Source of the DNA: Eubacteriaceae bacterium
Lineage (GTDB): Bacteria; Bacillota; Clostridia; Eubacteriales; Eubacteriaceae
Length of the DNA stretch: 64,000 nucleotides
Assembly: GCA_051649025.1 (NCBI GenBank)
Contig: JBOFGH010000003.1
Coordinates: 4,261 to 68,260 of the forward strand
Direction of reading: 5' to 3'
In this document: positions 25,045 through 33,833 of the stretch, one piece after another
How the letters are laid out: every line of letters starts with the position of its first letter
How positions within the stretch are numbered: position 1 is the stretch's first letter
Made by a program: the position numbers and the translations under genes
Notes under the pieces: model-generated
What the model was told of the DNA's origin: nothing
The model's input: the letters and a program-made list of their open reading frames with translations, nothing else
Database searches by the model: none

Positions 25045-26784
25045 TTATATAGTAATAATCAGGTTGTTTAGTTTTAATGAATATCGATAGTCAATGGTTT
25101 TAGCGATCTTTTCCACTAGGTTAATACCAATGGTGTCGACGCGATCTTTTAATTCGTAATTAAGGGGGTTAAACATGACCCCATCATCACGAATACGAAG
25201 CAAGATGCCATCGTCATCAAGCATTAATTTGATGTCAATAAAGTGTTTGGAGTCTCGTTTGAAACCATGCTGTACAATGTTTTTAGCCATCTCTTCACAA
25301 CAGAGGGAAATGAGCATGGCTCTCCGTTCGTCAATGGCATTTTGGATACAAAAGTCACGGATTTTTGATGCAATATGGGTGGCTTCTTCAAGATTGTTTT
25401 GAATACTCATTTCCATCACATTCTTGGTAGTGAAGGTATTTTTATTATAAAAAAGGTCGTAGGGTCTTAAAACAAATCGTTTGGATTTAAGACTAATATA
25501 GAGGACGATACAAAAAAACGTTAGTAGCTCAGCAACAAGGTAGCTCATCCAAAGTGCCCGACTTCCCAAAATGCCATCTAAGGCAAAAATACTAAGAAAG
25601 AAAAAGATGAGGGTTTTAAGTAAAATAAAGACGTTAGTAATCGCAATCTGGCTTGCGCTTTGGTAGGAAATAAGGAGGATAGAATTGATGGTTGCAAAGG
25701 GTAAAGACAAGGCAAATAATCGAATTGCAATCCGAAGTTCATTTCCTACACTAGGGTCAGTAATATTAAAGAGGCTGCCGACAACACCAGGAAAAGCGAT
25801 TAAAAAACAGGCAATCGTTAGTGTTATAATTAAGCCAAATTTCAAAGCTACTTTTAGGGTGTCTTTTATAGCAACCATGTCAATTTCTCCGTAAAAAATA
25901 CTAATAAGAGGTGCAGTTGCACTAGCGATTCCCATGACAATACCCATAATAAGGGACATGACGCTGTTCATTGCAGAGGAAACAAGGAGAATTCCAGAGG
26001 TTGAAATAGACAAAATCACGATATTTAAAATCCAAATTCTAAGGGTGTTAGAAAGATTATAAATGGCAGATGGCATACCAAAATTACAGACTTTGATAAT
26101 TAATGGAAGTTTTTTAATACAACTAAAATGGAATTTAAGGGTATTAACTTTTTTAAACAAATGAGTAAGTACTGTGGCTAGAGCAGCCATATACGCGATT
26201 GAGGTAGCGAGACCCATTCCGAACATTCCCAGACTAAAAATTCCACAAAAGAGATAATCAAGGGAAGCGTTTGTAATTGCAAGGACTAAGATAGAAAATA
26301 AAGAGATTAGGGGGTCAGAATCTCTGCTTGCAAAAGGCATAAAGGTTTGTAATAAAAAAATTGGCAAGATAGAGAAAATGAGTCCTTGGAGATATTGTTG
26401 GCTAAAAATTCCAAGTTCTCCTTTTGCCCCAAGTATGTCACATATCACTGAAATATTTGGAATCGTAAGCAGTGTAATCACCAGACCTAAAATAAAAGCA
26501 ACAAAAAGACTAACGCCATAAGCAGAATTTGCCTCATCTTTCTTGTTTTGGCCAATAAGTATTCCCATCAAAACGGCGCCACCACCACCTAGCATACTAG
26601 CAAGGACCATAAGCATCATGGAAAATGGAGAGGAAAGGTTAAGTGCCTGTAAGGAGGCATCGCCAATAAGATTTGCGACAAACAATGCATCAATCATGGT
26701 TCCAGCGGTAGATGCAAATACGAGCAATATGGTTGGAGCCATGTATTGTAGATATACTTTTTTAACAAGATAATTATTCGTCAT
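25045..26784 (-). CDS. MATE-family efflux transporter fused to a C-terminal RsbW-like (HATPase_c_2) domain
   Basis: 579-aa ORF. About 450 aa form a 12-TM MATE-like region. The soluble tail of about 125 aa carries an N-box EEMAKNIVQHG, a G1-like RDDGVMFNPL and a G2-like GIGINLVEKI. This tail is a paralog of the stand-alone kinase-like protein at 29219..29641 (EEVFVNIASY, ADEGIPFNPL, GQGINLI). Confidence 0.8.
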   Translation of the reverse strand: MTNNYLVKKVYLQYMAPTILLVFASTAGTMIDALFVANLIGDASLQALNLSSPFSMMLMVLASMLGGGGAVLMGILIGQNKKDEANSAYGVSLFVAFILGLVITLLTIPNISVICDILGAKGELGIFSQQYLQGLIFSILPIFLLQTFMPFASRDSDPLISLFSILVLAITNASLDYLFCGIFSLGMFGMGLATSIAYMAALATVLTHLFKKVNTLKFHFSCIKKLPLIIKVCNFGMPSAIYNLSNTLRIWILNIVILSISTSGILLVSSAMNSVMSLIMGIVMGIASATAPLISIFYGEIDMVAIKDTLKVALKFGLIITLTIACFLIAFPGVVGSLFNITDPSVGNELRIAIRLFALSLPFATINSILLISYQSASQIAITNVFILLKTLIFFFLSIFALDGILGSRALWMSYLVAELLTFFCIVLYISLKSKRFVLRPYDLFYNKNTFTTKNVMEMSIQNNLEEATHIASKIRDFCIQNAIDERRAMLISLCCEEMAKNIVQHGFKRDSKHFIDIKLMLDDDGILLRIRDDGVMFNPLNYELKDRVDTIGINLVEKIAKTIDYRYSLKLNNLIITI

Positions 26785-26797
26785 GACAATGTCATCC

Positions 26798-27427
26798 TCA
26801 TAATTTTTTCAACAATTCTGGAAGAGTAACAAGCGTTAAATTTAAAGCTTTATCGGGCATGGTCGTTGCCACACACAGCTCATGATCTTTTAACGAAAAA
26901 AACTGAAGAAAAAACCTTTCTTTATTTATTATGTGTTCACCATTTTCTAGGGGAAGGACACAAAAACTTTCTGGAGGTATCGTTAGTCCTTTGCCAGTGG
27001 CCTTCATAATGCTCTCCTTTGCTGTCCAAAGCTTATAAAAGTTTTCTCGATTTGGATTGTGAAAAAGCCACTTTTGTTCAGTGTCAGTTAAACACCCTTT
27101 TATTAGGTTGATATTATAGGATTCTATTTTTTCAATGTCCACACCCACCTCACAAAATGAAGTTGCAAGGATGACGAAATCACCTGAATGGGAGAAATTA
27201 AAATAGATGGAATGATCCCTTAAAAAGGGCTTCCCGTATACCCCTTTCGAAAGTTGGTCTTCTTTAGTAACATTTAGAAAGGCTCTCATCAAAAGGCCAA
27301 CAGCAAGGCATCTTTTTTTATCCTCAAGTTTCATGTATTGATCAATACGACTTTCTCTTTCAGCCAGAAGGTATTTCTTTGGGAAAACAGAGTGAAACAC
27401 ATTGATATTCAGTAAATATAATTTCAT
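26798..27427 (-). CDS. Sfp-type 4'-phosphopantetheinyl transferase
   Basis: The ORF extends to 27535, but the ATG at 27427 (MKLYLLNINVF...) follows GGAGA and gives a typical Sfp size of about 210 aa. Motifs: GKP...FNFSHSGD, GVDIE, W.AKES..KA.G. Confidence 0.8.
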   Translation of the reverse strand: MKLYLLNINVFHSVFPKKYLLAERESRIDQYMKLEDKKRCLAVGLLMRAFLNVTKEDQLSKGVYGKPFLRDHSIYFNFSHSGDFVILATSFCEVGVDIEKIESYNINLIKGCLTDTEQKWLFHNPNRENFYKLWTAKESIMKATGKGLTIPPESFCVLPLENGEHIINKERFFLQFFSLKDHELCVATTMPDKALNLTLVTLPELLKKL

Positions 27428-27717
27428 AGGTCTCCATTTTTCAGAGTAATTTTTTATTAAAAAAATTGAGGAGTAGACAAACATATTGAATACAAAAATT
27501 AAAGTGAGAAAGAGGACGATTTCCTTTTTTTTCAATCAAGATTTTCATTGAAAAATGGCATCAGATCTTTAATAGTGGCTATGGTTGACACTGCTCATTA
27601 TCTTATGATAGTATAAATATCATATCACAATCATAACGCTTTCTGCAATGAAAAAGATTGGTGTGAAGCCCAGAGAAAATTAAGTGAAAAAACCTATAAA
27701 AACTTGCTACAAAAGAA

Positions 27718-29250
27718 ATGAAGTGTTCATTACCGATATCCTCAAAATTTAAGAAGATTGGAGAAGACTATACGATGCGTCGAATTTTTCTATTTCGATT
27801 AGGGATCCTTTTGCTGTTTGCCTATCTCCTTGTTTTTGTTTTAGCTTTTTATATCCAGACGAAAACGGAAAAAGAAAATGGGGTCGAGACGATTTCTCTA
27901 AAAATCGATGACATTATTCGCCAGCTGGATAAGATAGAGAACAGCAATGTAGAGGTCAGCTTGGCAAGCCTTTCGGATAGCTTTAGAATAGGTTTAGATG
28001 GGCAGATTATGCTAATACAGGACAAACAAATTATCAGCACAACACACCCTGAATGGCTTGGGAAAACAGTTGATACAATTGAAGGGATGGATGATGTTAG
28101 AATTAACCAACCCTTTACTTTTTTAATGGATGATGAAAAAATGCTTTGTCTATTTCGTGAGAATGATGGCATCATAGTTGCAGCAATGCTACCAGAAAGT
28201 GAAGTATATGATACTCGAAACGAAACCGCAGTTGTTATATTGCTGACGGATTTTCTCCTTGTTGCCTTGATTTTTATTTTTATTTCGTCTATGGTACAAA
28301 GATTAGTGATTGGCAATATCTATCGTGTAAATGAGGCCTTGACGAAAATCACAAAGGGCGATTTAACCCAGGTAGTGGCAGTGAACGATAGCGAAGAATT
28401 TCGCACATTGTCTAATGGGATAAATCAAACTGTTTCAGCTCTTAAAGACCTGTTAGTGGCTGAGGCCTCTCGAATAGATGAAGAGCTTTTGTTGGCAGCT
28501 GAGATACAGCGATCAGCTCTTCCTAACATTTTTCCACCCTACCCCCAAAATAATGAATTTGATGTTTATGCTATGATTGATCCTGCAAAAGAAGTTGGTG
28601 GTGATTTTTACGATTTCTTTTTATTGCCAGATAATCAATTTTGCTTTGTGATTGCCGATGTTTCGGATAAAGGTATACCAGCAGCACTTTTTATGATGAC
28701 TGCTAAAACCACGATTAAAGCTTTAGCTGAATCAGGAGCTGACCCTGGGGAAATTTTATTTCAGGCCAATAACAGGCTTCGAGAGTCAAACAGAGCGCTA
28801 ATGTTTGTTACAGCTCTTGTTTGCAAATTAGATTTACAGTCTGGAAAGATAACCTATGCGAGTGCAGGCCACAATCCTCCCTTATTATTACGTAATAAAA
28901 ATGTTGACTATATAAGGAAAAGAACAGGGTTTGTTTTGGCGCTTAAAGAGAGTGTGAGGTATGAAAACCATGTAGAAAACCTTGGGCCTGGGGATTCGTT
29001 TTTGATATACACCGATGGTGTTACCGATGCGAAAAACGCACAGGGAGATTTTTTTGGAGAACAGCGATTGTTGGAGGTGGTTGCCGATGTTGTTGAGGAA
29101 ACGCCTGAAGGTTTGTTATCCGAAATAAAAACTTCCCTTGATGAGTTTTCATTTCAAACGGCACAAGCCGACGATATTACGATGCTTTGTGTCCAATTTC
29201 ATGGAGAAGGAGAAGCGTATGAGCGAAATGACCATAAAAGCAATCGTTAA
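27718..29250 (+). CDS. membrane-anchored PP2C (SpoIIE/RsbU-type) phosphatase with extracytoplasmic sensor and HAMP domains
   Basis: 510-aa ORF with a probable start at 27775. It has two TM segments flanking a loop of about 125 aa, a HAMP-like linker, and PP2C motifs (GGDFYDFF, VIADVSDKGIPAALFM, YTDGVTDA, DDITML). Confidence 0.85.
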   Translation: MKCSLPISSKFKKIGEDYTMRRIFLFRLGILLLFAYLLVFVLAFYIQTKTEKENGVETISLKIDDIIRQLDKIENSNVEVSLASLSDSFRIGLDGQIMLIQDKQIISTTHPEWLGKTVDTIEGMDDVRINQPFTFLMDDEKMLCLFRENDGIIVAAMLPESEVYDTRNETAVVILLTDFLLVALIFIFISSMVQRLVIGNIYRVNEALTKITKGDLTQVVAVNDSEEFRTLSNGINQTVSALKDLLVAEASRIDEELLLAAEIQRSALPNIFPPYPQNNEFDVYAMIDPAKEVGGDFYDFFLLPDNQFCFVIADVSDKGIPAALFMMTAKTTIKALAESGADPGEILFQANNRLRESNRALMFVTALVCKLDLQSGKITYASAGHNPPLLLRNKNVDYIRKRTGFVLALKESVRYENHVENLGPGDSFLIYTDGVTDAKNAQGDFFGEQRLLEVVADVVEETPEGLLSEIKTSLDEFSFQTAQADDITMLCVQFHGEGEAYERNDHKSNR

Positions 29251-29641
29251 TAATCTGTATGAGCTTCTAGATTTTGTGGAAAAAGAAATGGACAAACACG
29301 GTTTAGACCAAAACTTTAAACAGAAGATACGACTTGCGGTTGAAGAGGTTTTCGTGAATATTGCAAGTTATTCCTATCCAAGGGAGGAAGGGAACGTGAA
29401 AATATCCACACAAGTCGACGATGGAATCACAATTACTTTTGCCGATGAGGGGATTCCCTTTAACCCATTAATTAAAAAGGAAGAGGAAGATTTTTCGGTT
29501 CCCAAAATAGGAGGGCAGGGAATAAACTTAATTTGCTCTCTTATGGATGATGTCAGGTACGATTACAGAGATGGTAAAAATGTTTTAGCAATAAGGAAAT
29601 TTTTCCCAAATAATACAGAGAAATTGAGGTTAGAAACATGA
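29219..29641 (+). CDS. RsbW-like anti-sigma-factor-type serine kinase (HATPase_c_2)
   Basis: The ATG at 29219 lies within the 29138..29641 ORF. N-box EEVFVNIASY, DEGIPFNPL, GGQGINL. It overlaps the STAS gene start (ATGA). Confidence 0.75.
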   Translation: MSEMTIKAIVNNLYELLDFVEKEMDKHGLDQNFKQKIRLAVEEVFVNIASYSYPREEGNVKISTQVDDGITITFADEGIPFNPLIKKEEEDFSVPKIGGQGINLICSLMDDVRYDYRDGKNVLAIRKFFPNNTEKLRLET

Positions 29642-29937
29642 CGATTACAACAATAAAAGATGGCGAAAAAACAACGATGGCGCTTTCTGGAAACCTTGAC
29701 ACCATTACGGCTCCAGAGCTTCAAGAGGTTCTTATCCCAGAGTTTGACACAGCAAAAGAGGTTGAATTGTGCTTAGATGATCTTAAGTATATTTCATCAG
29801 CTGGTTTACGTGTTTTGTTTATGGGGGATACAACTGCAAAAGAGAAGAATGGAAAGCTAATAATTACTGGGGTTTCAGAAAATGTTATGGAAGTTTTTGA
29901 ACTTTCAAGGTTTACGGATGTTTTAACGATTGTTTAG
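29638..29937 (+). CDS. STAS-domain anti-sigma-factor antagonist (RsbV/SpoIIAA-like)
   Basis: 99-aa ORF with the conserved phosphorylatable-Ser context DLKYISSAGLRVL. Confidence 0.85.
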   Translation: MTITTIKDGEKTTMALSGNLDTITAPELQEVLIPEFDTAKEVELCLDDLKYISSAGLRVLFMGDTTAKEKNGKLIITGVSENVMEVFELSRFTDVLTIV

Positions 29938-30001
29938 TGTGTTAGAAAAGCTTTGCGTGTGAACAAGATAGGCTATTTTGTCACAGATAATAGGCTGAGG
30001 A

Positions 30002-30736
30002 TCACTTGTTTTTATTTATAATACCAGAAATTGCCTTTGCAGGACATATTTCAATGGCCTTTTCTGTGGCATCATTTACGAATTCTGTATGGATGACCAC
30101 GGATTTTTTGTTTTGCATTTTAAAGGTATTAGGGGAAATTTTTACACAGAGTCCACAGCCAATACAGTAATCTGCATTCACCGAGAGCGTTTGAGATGAA
30201 TCCCAATCTTTTTCATGAAGCTTTAAAATATCATCACGTTTTACGAATTTTGAGGTAATAAAGCCAATCATAAAAATAGAAACCGTGGTGAGTATCCATC
30301 GTATAATCATAAACTTTGGACTGAGGAATTTTGCTTCATTTGCAAGCATTGGTATTTTAACAACCGCCCAAGTACTTAACAAGATAACGATGCTGGAAAT
30401 GGAAGCACCCTTTTTTAGAAGGGATAGGCAAACAGGAAAAGCAGCATAAATAGGGCCAGCTGAAATGCTGCCTAAAAGGAATGAGAGAATGCTGCCTTTT
30501 ATGCCAGAGCCGTTGCCTAGGTTTTTTTCAATAACACGTTTAGGAACCCAGGCTTCTAGGAGGGCTGTTAATAAAACAATAACTGGCATGATGATAAGCA
30601 TTTCTTTGAAATAATAAAGGCTATTTTTGAGTGAAGAGATGCCCATTGGAGTTTTTACAATAAATAAAAGAAGATAGGCAAGAAGAACGACCGTTAACAT
30701 TTGATTGTTTTTGATAATGCGATTAATCTTATTCAC
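30002..30736 (-). CDS. permease (DUF318/ArsP-like, C-terminal half) fused to a [4Fe-4S] ferredoxin domain
   Basis: 244-aa ORF with membrane segments carrying SISAGPIYAAFP, followed by a C-terminal CIGCGLCVKISP...EICPAKAI single-cluster ferredoxin motif. Confidence 0.7.
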   Translation of the reverse strand: MNKINRIIKNNQMLTVVLLAYLLLFIVKTPMGISSLKNSLYYFKEMLIIMPVIVLLTALLEAWVPKRVIEKNLGNGSGIKGSILSFLLGSISAGPIYAAFPVCLSLLKKGASISSIVILLSTWAVVKIPMLANEAKFLSPKFMIIRWILTTVSIFMIGFITSKFVKRDDILKLHEKDWDSSQTLSVNADYCIGCGLCVKISPNTFKMQNKKSVVIHTEFVNDATEKAIEICPAKAISGIINKNK

Positions 30737-31215
30737 AGGATTCCTCCCATAATGACGGCAATACCAATTGCAAAAATAAAGCTAAGGGCATTTCTAATGA
30801 CGCTAAACCTAGTTCCAAACTCCCGTTTTTCAAGGGGGAAGGTGACAATGCCGACCATTGTCAAGGTTGTTATAAAGGCGACAATTGGCATAACATTAGC
30901 TCCAACCTGTAAAAGGGAACCAGCGAGAGGAAAGGCAACAAAGGCTGGAATAAGGGTGATGGAACCAACCAAAGCGAAGATGACAGTTGAAGATAGATTG
31001 TTACTCGATGTCAAAAAATCTCCCATTGTTTCCGGTGGAATAAACGTAAGAATCAGACCGATAAGCAGAAGTATGGCAATGATATCACTTGCAATCCCTT
31101 TCATCATACCGACTGACATTTTAATCGAAATCAAGGTGCGCTTTTTATCTTTAATGATGGAAGAAATAAACCAGAAAATGGTGATGATCCATAGAGCAAT
31201 TGTAAAAAAATCCAT
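30733..31215 (-). CDS. permease (DUF318/ArsP-like, N-terminal half)
   Basis: 160-aa polytopic ORF. Its stop overlaps the start of the downstream half-permease by 4 nt. Confidence 0.65.
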   Translation of the reverse strand: MDFFTIALWIITIFWFISSIIKDKKRTLISIKMSVGMMKGIASDIIAILLLIGLILTFIPPETMGDFLTSSNNLSSTVIFALVGSITLIPAFVAFPLAGSLLQVGANVMPIVAFITTLTMVGIVTFPLEKREFGTRFSVIRNALSFIFAIGIAVIMGGIL

Positions 31216-31414
31216 GAGAGGCCCCCTTTATAAACCTTAATATGATGTGATTAACCATAGCTTTGTCATTGTTAATCAAAATTTTCACGCTTTTTCGATC
31301 TTTATAGAAGAAAAGCGTGTTTCTGTATAAAATCCCTTTCAAAAAGTATTTTTTCCATTATAATAAAGAATAAAAAGAAAAAAAGTAACGTGAGTTACTT
31401 TTCGGAGATGTTTT

Positions 31415-32068
31415 ATGAATAAAATCAAACAGATTTTAAAGTTACCGTTGTTTAAAGGGGTTAACTCTGATGTTTTGGAGAAGTGCGGTGTCCTTCAAAA
31501 TTGTATGGTTACGAATTACAAAAAAGGGGCCGTTATTCATTTAAAAAATGAGAGGTGTACCTGTCTCGATATTATTATGTCTGGGATCGTCTCTGTCCAA
31601 GCATTGGAAGCCACTGGCAATATGATGACAGTGGCTAGTTTTGGAGGTGGGGAGAGTCTGGGCAGTAATCTCCTCTTTTCTTCTAAGACATTGTATCCTA
31701 TGATGGTGGTGGCTAAAACGAATGTGTCCCTTTACAGTTTTAGCAGTGAGGTAATTCTTGAACTTTGTAAAGAAAGTGCTGTTTTTTTATCACACTTTTT
31801 AGTTGAAGTGTCCGATAAAGCTTTGGTTCTTACAGGGAAGATTAATGCCATTGCATTAAAGTCCATGCGGGATCGGATTCTTGAAATGCTACGAATGGAA
31901 CAAATGACGCAAAAGAGTGATGTCATTATCTTGCCTTTTAGCAAAAAAGAATGGGCAGAACTACTTGGGGTTCAACGTCCGTCACTGTCAAGAGAACTTA
32001 ATAAGATGAGAGTGGAAGGGATCATAAAATTTAATAATCGTGAATTTTCATTACTTAGATTAGAGTAA
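31415..32068 (+). CDS. Crp/Fnr-family transcriptional regulator
   Basis: 217-aa ORF with an N-terminal cNMP-binding-like barrel (LPLFKGV...) and a C-terminal HTH (WAELLGVQRPSLSRELNKM..EGII). Confidence 0.8.
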   Translation: MNKIKQILKLPLFKGVNSDVLEKCGVLQNCMVTNYKKGAVIHLKNERCTCLDIIMSGIVSVQALEATGNMMTVASFGGGESLGSNLLFSSKTLYPMMVVAKTNVSLYSFSSEVILELCKESAVFLSHFLVEVSDKALVLTGKINAIALKSMRDRILEMLRMEQMTQKSDVIILPFSKKEWAELLGVQRPSLSRELNKMRVEGIIKFNNREFSLLRLE

Positions 32069-32217
32069 CAAGCCTATCAAAAAATGAACTGTATTTTATA
32101 TGACCTCTGTCAAGTAGACCTGTTAAATATCTAAAATGTAGTACCAATGAACGACGATCCAAAAACATTTGCTTTAGTCTTTTTTTTCAATCATTCCCTA
32201 TTGGAAACAAGCCAAGG

Positions 32218-32670
32218 CTATTTTTTATTGAGTTTCTCGTTAATTAATTTAATTTTATGTTTCCAAATAAAGTATTGAAGGAGCCAAATCACAATAAAAA
32301 TGAAGACAAAGATAATGGAATAGGTAATAAAACCGATGAAACTATGTTCCATCCAATTGGTGAAATAAGCAATCGGAAGCATAACAAGAGCTGTAATAAA
32401 AAAGTAGAGGCTAGTTTGTTTAACAATGCTCCAATTATCACATTCCCAAATTACAGAACAAGAGGCGAAGGTGGTTCCCAATAATCCACAAAGTAAGGCC
32501 TGTAAGATCACCGCATTTATTTCATTCTCCATTGTTTCGACAAGCGACGGAATACAAGGAGAATAGTAACCCTGACCATGGATTAAAGATATAAAAATGG
32601 TGATAACATAACCAAGTGCAATGCCTTGAGGAAATCCTAAAAGTCCTCGATAGAATATTTTTTTTAACAT
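32218..32670 (-). CDS. DUF3021-like small membrane protein
   Basis: 150-aa ORF with 4 TM segments, resembling DUF3021 proteins that normally follow a LytTR-domain regulator. This is recognition from memory. Confidence 0.6.
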   Translation of the reverse strand: MLKKIFYRGLLGFPQGIALGYVITIFISLIHGQGYYSPCIPSLVETMENEINAVILQALLCGLLGTTFASCSVIWECDNWSIVKQTSLYFFITALVMLPIAYFTNWMEHSFIGFITYSIIFVFIFIVIWLLQYFIWKHKIKLINEKLNKK

Positions 32671-32865
32671 TTCAAACCTCTCTAAATTCCTAATTTTTCT
32701 TTTATTTTTCCAACATAACGTCTTGAAACATAAGTGGTTGAAATTGGGGTTGATAGTCCATTTTCAATTAGGTTTGATCTCACCCTGATTGATGTGTTTT
32801 GACGCATTAATTAGTTCATGATACAATGAGCAATCATTAAAATTTATATTTTTAAAGGAGAAAAG

Positions 32866-33216
32866 ATGGAAAATTTACCTAATTGCCCAAAATGCAATTC
32901 AGAATATACTTATGAAGACGGTTCATTACTTATTTGCCCAGAATGTGCTCATGAATGGATGACATCTTTAACAAATCTAGAGACAGAGGCAGAGGCAGGG
33001 ATAAAAGATGCTAATGGAAATGAATTGTATACGGGAGATACCGTGATGGTAATTAAGGATTTGAAAGTGAAAGGTTTTGCTAATTCAATAAAAGTTGGAA
33101 CAAAGGTTAAAAACATTCGATTAGTATCGGATTCAGCAGATGGACACAACATTGATTGTAAGATCGATGGTTTTGGTGCCATGAAATTAAAATCAGAGGT
33201 TGTAAAAAAAGTTTAA
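32866..33216 (+). CDS. PhnA/YjdM-family zinc-ribbon protein
   Basis: 116-aa ORF with CPKC..(14)..CPEC at the N-terminus and a C-terminal [12 protein letters not shown]....[11 protein letters not shown]...H.IDCKIDG motif. Confidence 0.85.
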   Translation: MENLPNCPKCNSEYTYEDGSLLICPECAHEWMTSLTNLETEAEAGIKDANGNELYTGDTVMVIKDLKVKGFANSIKVGTKVKNIRLVSDSADGHNIDCKIDGFGAMKLKSEVVKKV

Positions 33217-33277
33217 AAAGGGCTAGTTAATAGGAAAATTCACTAGCCCAAGTTTGAACGAAGAGAGCAATCGGTGA

Positions 33278-33691
33278 TTATTCCCAGACGGGTTGCCATG
33301 TAACCCCGAACTTGTCCGTTACCCAAGCACATTTACGAAGGGTTCCAACGGATTCTGGCCCCATCATAATGAATCCGTCTTTTGCCAAACCCTCGAAAAT
33401 AAGGTCGAATTCATTTTCGTCGGAGCAATCAATATAAAGTGAAGTTGACCAGACGAATTCTGGTGCAGGATGGGCGGCATCCATATCTAAAAACATGATT
33501 TCTTGATCTTTAAAGGATAATGCGCCATGTAGTATTTTGTTTTCTTCGTCAGCATTGGCAAAGGGATGATTTTTTTCATAGCGAATGAGCTGTGTAATTT
33601 CAGCCTCTGGAAAGATGGAAGCATAAAATTGCATTGCTTCTTCAGACTGACCGTTAAAGGTTAAGAATGGGATAAACGATTTCTTATTCAT
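33278..33691 (-). CDS. VOC-superfamily (PhnB/3-demethylubiquinone methyltransferase-like fold) protein
   Basis: 137-aa ORF. IPFLTFNGQSEEAMQFYASIF...HGALSF.DQEIMF.D is typical of PhnB-like glyoxalase-fold proteins. Confidence 0.65.
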   Translation of the reverse strand: MNKKSFIPFLTFNGQSEEAMQFYASIFPEAEITQLIRYEKNHPFANADEENKILHGALSFKDQEIMFLDMDAAHPAPEFVWSTSLYIDCSDENEFDLIFEGLAKDGFIMMGPESVGTLRKCAWVTDKFGVTWQPVWE

Positions 33692-33833
33692 AGAAATACT
33701 CCTTTTTTATTTGTATTTGATAAAATAACATTCAAGAATCATCGAAATTAAATCCATAAACATGGGAGACATTTAATGCTTTAACACGGACAGGCATTCA
33801 GTTTAGATAATCTGAATGCTTTTTTTTATCCAT

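Noticed and set aside
27428-27535. N-terminal 36-aa hydrophobic extension of the PPTase ORF
   Set aside because: Sfp-type PPTases are soluble proteins of about 210-230 aa. The internal ATG at 27427 has a GGAGA RBS and yields the canonical N-terminus, so the extension is probably not translated.
30701-31240. 179-aa + strand ORF across the permease genes
   Set aside because: It is fully antisense to two well-supported membrane ORFs. Its composition mirrors the hydrophobic codons of the opposite strand.
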